This document shows positions 52,501-60,199 of a DNA stretch of 64,000 bases, piece by piece. The stretch's first letter is position 1, and each line of letters starts with the position of its first letter. The notes under the pieces were generated by a model. That model was not told the DNA's origin. It saw only the letters and a program-made list of their open reading frames with translations, and did no database searches. A program made the translations under genes and the position numbers. This stretch comes from Monocercomonoides exilis PA203 (lineage: Eukaryota; Protista; Preaxostyla), in the NCBI GenBank assembly GCA_001643675.2, contig LSRY02000002.1, positions 248,001-312,000 on the forward strand, written 5' to 3'.

Positions 52501-55389
52501 TGACAGATCAAAGATGGGTGCAGAAATAGCCAAAGGAGCGGAATGGCTGATGGTGCATTGGTTGATAACAAGTTTGGCATCTGCTCTTTGCACAGATGAT
52601 ATCAGAATGAGAGAAGAGGAATAAGAATTAGACGATGGCGATTTATCCCATTGAAAAGCACAATCACTCAATGTTAATACGCCATTTTGCAAAGAAACAA
52701 GCGATTGAAGCAGATGTTTAACCTCATCTGTCACTGATGGAGCAATTGAGAATGCAAGGCTATTCAATGATGTTTCTTCCGAAGAGTGGAAAATATAACT
52801 GTTTTGACCAGAAACAGAAGATGGGATGCGAAGGTTGGCTTTAACACTGTCAGAAGAAAAGGAAGAAGAAGAAGAGGATGATGATAAAAATGAAGACTTG
52901 GCTGCTGACGTAGCTTCAGCTGAAATTGAAACGGAGTTTAACAGATTGCCACTAGAAGTGACTGTTGAAGCACCTGAAATAAAAACAGTTCTTTGTCCAT
53001 TTGAAAGAGAAGAAGAAGAAGAAGGACTTGCCAATCTGCTGAGTGCATAGTTCACAGTGGAGCATTTGCGACGGATTTCTCCACAGAAAATTCTATCGAT
53101 GCTGTCTGAGCCAGATGCTGCATACACAGTCATTGCAAAATAACCCTTCAGAAATATCCTCAAATCAATAGGATCACCTTGGAAATAATTGAAATCGTCT
53201 CCAAAAATAGACATTTGTTTGCCACTTTCAGATTCTGCTGTTAAAGCCCAGTTTATCGACCCATTCCTAACATATTCTTCAATGTCAAAGCACACAAAAT
53301 ACAAATCGCTTCCAAAAGTTGCCTGATTTGAGCTGAAACTCGTGTTGAACACATAAAAATCTGCTGCTGTTGGTTTTGACTGGCCGTAATTGGCATAAAT
53401 AGCACCTCCTTTGCTGTTTGCAGGCTTGGATGCGCACAAACTGAAAGAACAGTTGACAATGCTGAGCGAAGAGGCAATATTCGAAATTGAAGAATCACTT
53501 GATGATGATGTTAATTTCGCATTGAATGCAAGACACCCACCAGTAGCACAATCTTTAGAAGAAATGTTGTTGAACGAGCAATTTTGAAGAGAAAGTGTCA
53601 GATTTGATGAGCTGAGCTGAGTGAAAATAGGAGAATAGCCTAAGATATAAGAAGAATACCATGAAGAAATGTTATCGAACACGCAATCGCTGATCGAAGG
53701 ATTTTCGCAAGAATAGAAAAAAAAGAAAGAAAATGCAGAATTCGACAACCGGATATTAACAACTGTGAGCCTTGACACAGAAAATTGCCCAGACTCAATC
53801 GAAAACAGCGATGAAGACAGCTCTGAGTTTTCTGTCTGGTTGATTTTGATGGAATCAAACTGAGAATTGCTTTGACCAGAATTTGAGGAATAAAAAGAAT
53901 TTGGTTCACTGGATGAGTGAACTGACGAGGAAAATGAAGAGGCGCTTGTCATTCTCAGTATTCTTGTGTTGCTCGTTGAAAGCAGAAAACACAAGTTCTG
54001 AACAATCAATTCGTTTCCGCTTACCACAAAAATAGCATTATTTGCAAATGAGTTTCCAATCGTTGTTTTGCCCATTCCTGTGCCTGCTAATGTCAGCGGC
54101 TTTTCAGAAATCGTCAGAGTGGGAGGTGCGTATGTGCCTTCTTCACAGAGCATTGGCATAATATACTTTGTTCTTTGAGCTGAATACGCATATGCGATTG
54201 TCTGACATGGAAGGGTTCCCAATCCACATCCCCATTCATCAACCCCAGAAGGCTTAATTTTCCTCTGCTCATTCATTGTGGCAATATAATTAGAATAATC
54301 ACCTTTTTCATTGATAACAAATCGAGAGCCAGTTGTTGTTGAATATGAATTCGAAAATACAAAGTTCTCAATTTTGTAATATGAATCAGTGTTTGCTAGG
54401 TAAATGTCTTGTGGATCATTCACTGCTGTGTTTCCAAAGAAGTAACAACCGGTACAATTGTACCTGTAGATGTGATATATATATATTGCACCGCCCTTAT
54501 CATCTGAATGGCATTTTTCAAAAACAGAATTGCTGATACTAAGATCAAAATTTTTTGTTATGTAATGTCCATTAAAATATATTGCTCCTCCCTGCATTCC
54601 TTGACATTCGATCCATTCTTCATTTTCAAATATTCCATGCTGATTTGCCATTGTTACACGGTCGGTTCTGGATAAGTGGAATTTTGAAGATTTTTCAGTT
54701 GATTGTGAATGAGTGCATTGAATAAACCGGTCGAATGATGATCGAAAATCACAAGCTGGGGAACTTGGCGACAGTCCGTGCACAACTGTTCCGTAGTAAA
54801 CGTCTGCACATCGGAAAAAAGTGTTGTTGAGAAGGACAGACGAGTTAACAGCGGATAAATGGTCTGCCATTTGCAGCTCCTTGATGGACTCTTTTTTTGC
54901 TGTGACATTCGAAAAGGCGCATCCCTCAACGGACTCAAAATCTCCGATGCCCCCGCAGGCAAACGAAGAAGATTTCGAGGGGCAAAAAACCAATGAATCA
55001 AATGAGGAAAACAAAACTGATGACCTTCCTGCTCCACCAGAAAGCCCCGCCAAACTGCAAACAGAGCGATTCCAAGCTGCCTCGAAGGCAACTGAAAAAT
55101 TAACGAAAAAGCACTCCCCGCTTGACACGCAAGACGGATGGAAATGGCTCGCAGGCTTCAACGAAGTGACGCGCGTCAAATGCAGCTTTGAGTCCTTGTC
55201 CACCGAGAAAACTGCAGAACATCCTCTTTCGTCAAACATTAAGTTCGAGCTCTCCAAGGAACTGTTCGTCAAAAGAACAGCTGGCAAAAACTGCTCTTTT
55301 GGCTTGATTGCAGCTTTTTCGTGGTCTAAAGACGCAAGCTGCGCAGCTATAAAATAGAACATTGCACAAGCCAGATGGAATAGCTGCAT
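43567..55389 (-). CDS. Giant (~3940 aa) single-pass surface protein with Cys/beta-helix-like repeats, TM helix and degenerate kinase C-lobe; paralog of 22157-34588
   Basis: Intronless ORF; first ATG at 55389 gives a signal peptide. 7 CG..C modules; shared membrane-proximal block CEWNSSSVNF..RRNILCSDGS..GGDG; TM WSLIALVGCAFVFVVFVLGLVGVVCVL-RKR; RWQAPEL..FSLGLILHEMTTGEVP..RP..RPSL. Confidence 0.88.
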   Translation of the reverse strand: MQLFHLACAMFYFIAAQLASLDHEKAAIKPKEQFLPAVLLTNSSLESSNLMFDERGCSAVFSVDKDSKLHLTRVTSLKPASHFHPSCVSSGECFFVNFSVAFEAAWNRSVCSLAGLSGGAGRSSVLFSSFDSLVFCPSKSSSFACGGIGDFESVEGCAFSNVTAKKESIKELQMADHLSAVNSSVLLNNTFFRCADVYYGTVVHGLSPSSPACDFRSSFDRFIQCTHSQSTEKSSKFHLSRTDRVTMANQHGIFENEEWIECQGMQGGAIYFNGHYITKNFDLSISNSVFEKCHSDDKGGAIYIYHIYRYNCTGCYFFGNTAVNDPQDIYLANTDSYYKIENFVFSNSYSTTTGSRFVINEKGDYSNYIATMNEQRKIKPSGVDEWGCGLGTLPCQTIAYAYSAQRTKYIMPMLCEEGTYAPPTLTISEKPLTLAGTGMGKTTIGNSFANNAIFVVSGNELIVQNLCFLLSTSNTRILRMTSASSFSSSVHSSSEPNSFYSSNSGQSNSQFDSIKINQTENSELSSSLFSIESGQFSVSRLTVVNIRLSNSAFSFFFFYSCENPSISDCVFDNISSWYSSYILGYSPIFTQLSSSNLTLSLQNCSFNNISSKDCATGGCLAFNAKLTSSSSDSSISNIASSLSIVNCSFSLCASKPANSKGGAIYANYGQSKPTAADFYVFNTSFSSNQATFGSDLYFVCFDIEEYVRNGSINWALTAESESGKQMSIFGDDFNYFQGDPIDLRIFLKGYFAMTVYAASGSDSIDRIFCGEIRRKCSTVNYALSRLASPSSSSSLSNGQRTVFISGASTVTSSGNLLNSVSISAEATSAAKSSFLSSSSSSSSFSSDSVKANLRIPSSVSGQNSYIFHSSEETSLNSLAFSIAPSVTDEVKHLLQSLVSLQNGVLTLSDCAFQWDKSPSSNSYSSSLILISSVQRADAKLVINQCTISHSAPLAISAPIFDLSQGSISSQLTSLRIQNVTSSSRSSAVFAFKPISPSFSDSSSSPSSSTANPQTSFTQCSFANIKGSEGTNALFSTNPLMTGSVVFEQCNLTDCVGASSTEGGGMRWDVCGSEEMKMINCNISSCAAKESAGSSRGRNEGSNEGSSRGKGGGIYLILNGTLSDFLFESCTFSGNRAEVGRDVFIQCEKLSQAADLSKYVDVFSSAFDADNSFFGAESATLSNNADLLDAMRYRSTVVFACGIAPSSSSAINFAINSNPSAPTSQTGVNWFRCGALDDPCETIDFCLKQKISPEATEEEGGGGMLMIKVKECSFIREEIDLSDSILTAAEESEECKVDFLQSIPKATETAITNTKTMKMAHVSFNVPTSFTNGMTLLISSQSGTAKLESCNFYLNSSSSFAQSNDVYSFSFPLVGVSSGVLSVVSCCFGSNSAVNFGSGLMEISDSVDFTFDTATFQNLCVHSDCLFKVVHSNEASLLHSTSASASVSVSASTRAQTEQTEGEGNVSGEDFSEYSFKFLNCTFNSISSVTSVSSDVLPGKASLLSPEHAAGVVLSNCSVSACLSEGSLEGGALCLSASSQAPFTLKKSSISSCACDTASGKGGFLFLCLDGSDAEFNFEELTFSGNEAKVGENMFLACIELNASIKTSKFNFDFSDFAGNINAFVGNDTKYGNTDLTVFLFAYLGSTINVGSEGLDSVGCGAHVPCFSFWTSIKHIDTDASNKRIIITSSTDIEDEHDISGLTISSQNALDSLSDSPLPSSTLSIHSKLNTLNNSQKGVLVNSRSATIEDVLISIPSSFLDGNSASINENVLFASECDDAADFGGSGLSLTKCTFQKQTDESVKFKLVAAMKGKVSLCDVWVEEMAFSCSAFAFSSSGVLWFEECHFSSVNLEQKSFIEMLEVEKPKNEREKEKEGEDSSTAVLLLNASSFSSINNGVSNPCSSIFSLQNSYEVEVVGCTFQTLGSEGCKKGGAMSFELKGADGQLKMKNVGVTNSICSSSEGCGGGIYLTCATDNDDRYSFAEISVGGNKAHQGRDMFIVANDLRNGVNSELFAFAMQFEDKTNALVGFDRRYFNEAVDLMIFVEGFVSASVLVEAPAGQNEVFCGSRYVPCQSLDYSVKRLAESSADVPLRVITVKSNGSIENDISLNSVNVVSFGSENCGINISTNVQFAFGSVVSSTAALSFSLIDFYIPSVFAIETPEGASLFSSLTETGNIQFSSCSFILTSSESQDRASCVHLISVFGGVVQLSQCHADCASFSVTPFVISQTAQASFEGVSFTHLSFSTCSLFSLIPSTPEAKNDYSSSTNQESQPSEISFKNCEFKSLHVSEYDEQPSFGSVQLETHLSIVNCSLDDLTSALSEEGGGMKIELGTEGSFCVKGENSEQLGSVSHCTCSTFEGKGGFLYLSCCNSIDGFSLSDLVFSENEAFVGRNVFILSSDLNASVVIERLMFDWTEWKNTTAFFGADEVNFTEGISLDKLLFEHTDTSVVVSSSGRDIHGCGSEKEPCLSFWEGMRHFREGIQFREIKINTSAAISDEWDLSNSSISPSVPSSPGYSSSSDEPSSDECTVNLGKAIQSLSEPSEAVLTNKLMLTFTSINFCLPSSFETPQKELLFSETGTATLNKCSFAMLTAEEGIAFVLFHVSSGTLSIEESKMAELSFAISAIRLAAPAAHFVASAFSVDVLNFADGSFISVGDAEEKGNEESSLSGNDKEMIASEIRLENLQWHLIRSTNVKASIISYESALSVELTMDNSTFSDCNSESLLGGAFCVWMKEKAGGLADSRANEGSVLANLSSFVTCACSTSEGRGGAIALNCLDDPDNSDAPSSEKAKALPIKFRLARFSLNRASVGKDLFIVCRSIAEQINEALFVMDFSELAFDRNNAIFGMDKENEEPIDLVPFIVFYKSERVFVSGEKGKNEKDCGKRSDPCETLSEAVRHLNNEPYQNVLVVKKAAVSAETAISSATVQTVGGIPAIFEFNCEIAQTDGSADCVVSSSEECSILGMDIVFGPSFASAHRSVFGVRSGNLTLGDCTITSEEPAQLANTVIYVKSHCLCLSNVSFSAIRLQASRQQPSAAAFGAKQSEQSSFALSLFEPEAGHSFIEACSGAAVVLFGISFKELSLFVVSGDASQSAHFIKCESSSLTASGLRIEDCSVSFISPTDSVSSSSSFHNSFESSANSLISVSGGSVAVLGGIHIEHIFECCGILSVESGCKVEVDRSSFISASSHSSVFAAEMAASFVLREVSISQVTVEEGSLFALLPPSPSPPLSSLFNEESDNFEFDSNLYKAADESGETQFELVLCEVRDVQLKHSEGSAVKAASWNSRILIDSCVFSNISGQRERGSYLDLTSCGSVAIEKSSFCGISEKKNKNRQDVHSKVNENDEIGEETDFVCEWNSSSVNFVESTVNIRDTSFENFSQGAISLSNSTVTIEMGMFQNNNPSISGYPSLRRNILCSDGSTLNVKSVNGGDGMKDNSSFWVLDKDGTFRGIITEVSSSFFVPSIKSVEKSENENKDIELKFIGVLLLPCSPVLRVHRIEGEISTIEDLAMKDLKSIDENTLECLIDSSAKGKLENECKVAVLLQFRDEHNNSIAQTNEFVINEAQPPTTDEDINKTDEGDSKREINASDKGSSTDKKSVIEWSLIALVGCAFVFVVFVLGLVGVVCVLRKRLKKAEKKIEEVSFENMVLMGKIERKRGENNGGSFEMSEMPSTLLVGMTSQIPLLINNDEDLPEPPSMTDEELNENDLPDLELPLPFSEDVSVSGMSQSHSFNVISAKKPFREKEKKNLKTLYSTIHSVEGDFTLGTRAMEVVDGREVVLVVAELFEHLISAGDERVEMMGKQLCPYSIFVEEGNGNGNEVFVLGEELEDERQKEEMKRWQAPELGNERNEEEEDGIEQAVVFSLGLILHEMTTGEVPLSECGAEEAQEMMRDGVRPLTEGIEGEEMVELMERMWADEPNERPSLAEVIQLLMEMAES

Positions 55390-55989
55390 GGCAGGAACTG
55401 GTCTCTCGCTCTTACCCACAAAACTTCAGAAAACTCAAATTATTATTTGATCTTTGAAGAAACATCATTTCTTTGGTGGAAAAAAAAAAGAAAAATTCGT
55501 CAAAACAAAATTCAACCAGTTGATTTGTTTGATATTTATAATAGCATTTTATCCATTTTCACACAACAACATCAAGTATTTTCAATGTTTTTTAATTATC
55601 TTTTCTATTTTTTCATCTTTTCATTTATTCTCATAGTTAGTGCTTGAAAGACAACATCTCTTCATAATTCCAAGAAAAACTGAGATCGTTGAGAAACGTT
55701 ACAAAGGAAACATTTTTTATCAGTCATTTTGCTTTCTCCAGCTCAGTTTTGGCAGGATACAATTGTTTGCAGATGTTTTTTGATTGAGAGATTTGTGTGT
55801 CAATAGCCGTGTGTTTTTGTTGCGTTGCAAAATCTGGGCTGTGTTGGATTTCTCACTCAAAAAGACAAAAGAACTGATGCTCCAGATGAGTGAGGAAGTT
55901 GCAGACAGGAAGGCGAATCGTGCGGATATATTTTTGTTTTTGCATGTGATGCTTTGTGTTGATGGAATATCTCTCTTTTTGAAGAAATG

Positions 55990-57290
55990 CTTTTCCGCTT
56001 GGGAATTTGCGTGAGGCTGAGAGAAGGCAGAAAATAAGAGAAATGGCAGGCCTGGTGGGAGGCATGAGCAAAAAGGAGCTGGGCATGGTTTCGAAGAAAG
56101 AAATCTTTGATGAAATCGAGAAAATGGTTGGAGAAAAGAAAATGTTGTTTGAAGAGGTTGCACCGCTGATGAAGCAGATTGGATGTTGGCGGATGCTGAA
56201 TGATGAAAAGAATCCAAACTTTTATTCTTCTGCACTGTGCAAGCATTTTGAGTTGGCGATTGGGGAAGAGGAGAAGAAGAGAGAAGGGAAGAATGAGAAG
56301 TGGCTGAGCGATTTCTGCGAAGTGTTCTTTTCTCTGCATGGGCATCATTATTGCATGGGAGGACTTGGCCTCCACGTGTGTTCGCTGTCTCCCGAAGGTT
56401 TCTTCGAACAAGGAGGAGGAGGAGGAGGCAGAGGAACAAAAAGAAGCAAAATATGCGTTTCTGGCTTTGAAGTTCATGAGAATTGATAGTGCGTGCACAT
56501 TGTTGCCTGTTTGAAGGGATTTGTGTGAATATGATATTTTTCTCTTTTTTCGACAGTGGATGGAAGCAAGGATATGTGTTGAAGAGCTTTCGGGAATCAT
56601 AAGGCATCACGAGGAGCATGACAACCTCACGGATGTGGCGTATCAGACTGCTTGGGATCTTCTGGTTTTGCAGCTGAAGAGAAAAGAGGTTTGAGTGGAT
56701 GATGTGATTGAGGGAGAGCCGCATTTTGCGAAAGAGGCAGCGAATGAGCTCAAAATACTGATGGGATGTGTGGATTGGAGAGAAATGGGAAAGTCAAAAG
56801 AAAAGGAAAAGGATAAAGAAAGGAAAGAAAAGATGGATGATGATAATATGGAACTATTTTTGGGAGTGTTGATTGTGTTCCAAAGAATGTGTTGGGTTGG
56901 TTGGGTGTGATGCGCAGCTGGGCAGAACAACAAAGTGCTGTGAGGAAGATGTGTTTCTCAATTGCATCGAACAGGTTAGGTTTCTGATGAGGTTGGAGAG
57001 CGTGTCGGTTGCAGTGCTGGTCGGAGGCGGATCTGTTGATGTTGTTCTGGAAGAATTGAGCCAGCCAACGTTGGAATATCTTGCAACTGAGCATTGCTTG
57101 GGTTTTGTTTCGAAGATGTTGAAGAAGCTGAGAGAAAGAACCAATTCGGATGAGGAGAGCACCAGAAGATGGGCATGTGAGAAGCTGGAATGAGAAGTGT
57201 GTGAAGAGACGATCATGTGCTTCATGAAATCGTTTTGTTGCAAGTTGAATGGTCCATCAGCTGAGTGCATGGATAATTATGTTTTCTGAA
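55990..57290 (+). pseudogene. Decayed copy of the same helical protein family as 1032-2340
   Basis: ERRQKIREM..FDEIEKMVGEKKM..SSALCKHFELAIGEEEKKREGKNEKWLSDFCEV; VAYQTAWDLL; EPHFAKEAANEL..VDWRE; VDVVLEELSQPTL..CEKLE*E, with stops and frameshifts. Confidence 0.75.
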
Positions 57291-57597
57291 GAAATGAAGA
57301 TGTCCGTCCTTTTCATGGAAAAAACTCAAAGTTCTTGAATTGTTGTTTTAGTTTTTCGTTTTTCCATGTGATGAGCATAAATAAAAATATTATCTTTATG
57401 ATGATTATTTTCTTCATTGAAACATGCATTTTATGTTAATAGAATATTGACTGTGCATTTGACTGATCTTTTTCGAAATCAAACTTTCTTTTGAATTTGG
57501 ATTGAAATATTTTTCTCGATGAGAAAATAAAGATCATATATCGCTTGGCATATGGTTCTTGTTCGCCACTTTGCAAGTTTTTAGATAAATGATAGAT

Positions 57598-57875
57598 CAT
57601 ATGGGGGAAAATACGAACTTTCAAACTTTTTTTTGCACAAAGCACAAAAAAATTGCTTCACTCATAATGTTATTTCGCTTTTTCAGATTTCAGAATAAAC
57701 TTGATTTTAATATACGTTAACAAGCATCATTGACATGACAACAAAATGTTCTGTGACATTTCACGAATGCAAAAATACGTACCCATTTTATTTGTGTTTT
57801 TTGATCTCAAAAAGAAAATGAAAAGTGCATAATTTTTCAAAGAAAATACCTGAAGTCAAATATTTTGTCCCATTT
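57598..57875 (+). repeat. ~280-bp dispersed repeat, copy 2
   Basis: Collinear similarity to 3441-3720. Confidence 0.75.
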
Positions 57876-58338
57876 GTTGATTTATTTTTGCTTTTCATGA
57901 ATTGTATTTCAAGACTCTGCACACATTCTCGTACAAAAAAGGTTTGTTTTATCGAATTAGAAAAATGATAAAGTTTGTTGGATAAAAAGCAAATATTCAT
58001 CATTCAATGTTCAATTTTTTAACCCAGATATTTAGCATTTACGATTTATCAAAAAGAATAATCCATATCGAAATTATTTATATTGTTCTTTTTATTTGTC
58101 ACATTTTTTATTATTGATTGTGAGAAATATGGATTTCCCTAAAATTTTTGCGTTCTGTCATTTTTTGACAATTTCATTTATCGAAAAGAGTCACGCCAAC
58201 GGCACGGAAACAATTTCTTTACTTTCAAAAGTTTTTGTGATATGTCTAAATTTTTTTGAAAAGTTCCTTTTGTTTAATTTTCCAAAAATTAAAAATATCA
58301 TTTTTCGATCAAATTTCTGTTTTCACTCACCAAATTTT

Positions 58339-59330
58339 GGTTAATGGTACTTATAAGCCACCTCGCAAATCTTAATAATACAAAGAAATAATTAAAGAGA
58401 GCATGTTGTTTTTTAATTTTAAGAAGAATGATATGTGGAAAAATCGTTATATATTTTTTGAACTCCCATTCAGATGCATCAGCTCCATCCCCAGCCCCAT
58501 CAATTGATGTTTCTGTTTCAAGTTCATTATCTGATTCTGAAGATTCTTCTTCGTGTAGTATTTCAGCTCCAACCTCTTCTTCCTCTTCTTCTGGCCCAAA
58601 AGCTTAATCCTCAACAGCTTTGTATTCTTAATCACTATATTTCATTGCATTCGACACAAAAATGGAAAAATCTTCTTTTCGATTTCTGAAAAACAAAAAT
58701 GAATAGAAAAATTCTTGCATTCTTTTAATTCTCACTCCATGAGAAGGCATGAACTTACGAAGCTCAGCCAACAATGCTTCAATATGATTTGTGCAAGTAC
58801 CGGTAATTGGATCAGAATAAGTGCAAAATAACATTTCATGAGAAAAAGACAAAAAAAATTTTGAACCTACAAAATGCTCGGAATTATTGACAGTCTTGTG
58901 TGTGAATCCATTCTCACTTAAAGAAGAATAAGCTATCCATTGATCAGAGTGAATTTCTGTTCCGGGACGAATATATTTTTTTATTAACGGAAGTAATACT
59001 GAAGCAGATCTGATTGCCACAGGATAAACATATGCTTTTCCTCCACGTTCCTGAGCACCGAAAATCCATATTTGCTTCTTAGCACGTCCTAATAAAAAAA
59101 AGTTCAATTGATAATTAAGTTTCAAAAGATTAAAATTCAAAACCACTCTTGTGTTTTTAACTTCTCCAAACAGCTTCGTCAATTTCCACAGTGCGACCAG
59201 GACCTCCTGCAAGAGTTTGAATACCATCAATCATCATTGCGCATGTTCTCCGGTGAACGCAATATGTGTGATTTTTTTATGAGATCATAAAATCGTTGCA
59301 TCGTTGATCTTTCATGAGTAATTTTTTTGT
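58339..59330 (-). mobile_element. Degenerate, intron-containing Merlin/ISXO2-like transposase remnant
   Basis: GGPGRTVEIDEAVWRS*KHKS[intron]GRAKKQIWIFGAQER..IHSDQWIAY..HFV[54 nt]DPITGTCTNHIEA; acidic tail ending DGADASEWE. Possible terminus ggttaatg at 58339; the other end was not found. Confidence 0.8.
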
Positions 59331-60199
59331 TATTAAATATTTTCATTAAAAAAAATATATTTGAAAATCTGAAGAGAGATCGTTGAAAAACTTGAAAACA
59401 TGCTATCGATCGATGATATTTTTAAAAAATATTTGTTGTTTAAAAAAATGTTGTGGTATGTTTGATAATTCAATTATCTTTTTTCCATGAAAGTTTATAG
59501 ACCGGATAAGAAAAGGGATAATGAACATTTTCTGAAGGATAGTAGTTATTTCTTTACGCGGTAACAAGGTCAGTGACGATTGGGAATTGATGATGGAATT
59601 TGACAAGATGATTTTTGTAAAAAGCATCTTTGAAGGAAATTTATTTTCAATATAACATATGAAAAAATTAATGTATGCATTTTTCTTTAGTTCTCATTTT
59701 TAACGAGGATGTTTCCATCTGTGGATTTCTCAGAGCTCAAGAATCCGATAAAATATATAAATGGCCATTTGTTTGTTTTTCTGAGGAGAACATCAGAAGA
59801 GGCTGGATGACGAGAGACAACCATCAGATGGGAATTGCATATTTTTTTGTATTCAATTGGTGCAGGGGAAGAAAATGAATAAAATTGAAAAGCATTTGGA
59901 TGAAAGCGAAAAGGAATGAAAACAATTGGGCAGCATTTGGAAAGAAAATAATTCGAGATATTTTTTTCTGAAAAAAATTGTAGACAACATCTAAAGCAGG
60001 ACATTAATGTTTGAATAAAGGATTATGGGAAAAGGAGCGTTGGGAAACAATCGAAAAGGAGATTGACAGCATTAGTGATTGGGCAATCCTCTGCATTTGT
60101 GATTGGATGGTTAGGTGCGTTCTTTTGAGGAATTTTTTAAATCAATGCAAAACTAACTATTTTAATATCTTTCTTATAACTTTTGTTTCTCACAGACAA

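Noticed and set aside
55720-56724. 334-aa and 247-aa minus-strand ORFs
   Set aside because: Antisense shadows of the plus-strand pseudogene; composition mirrors its E/K codons
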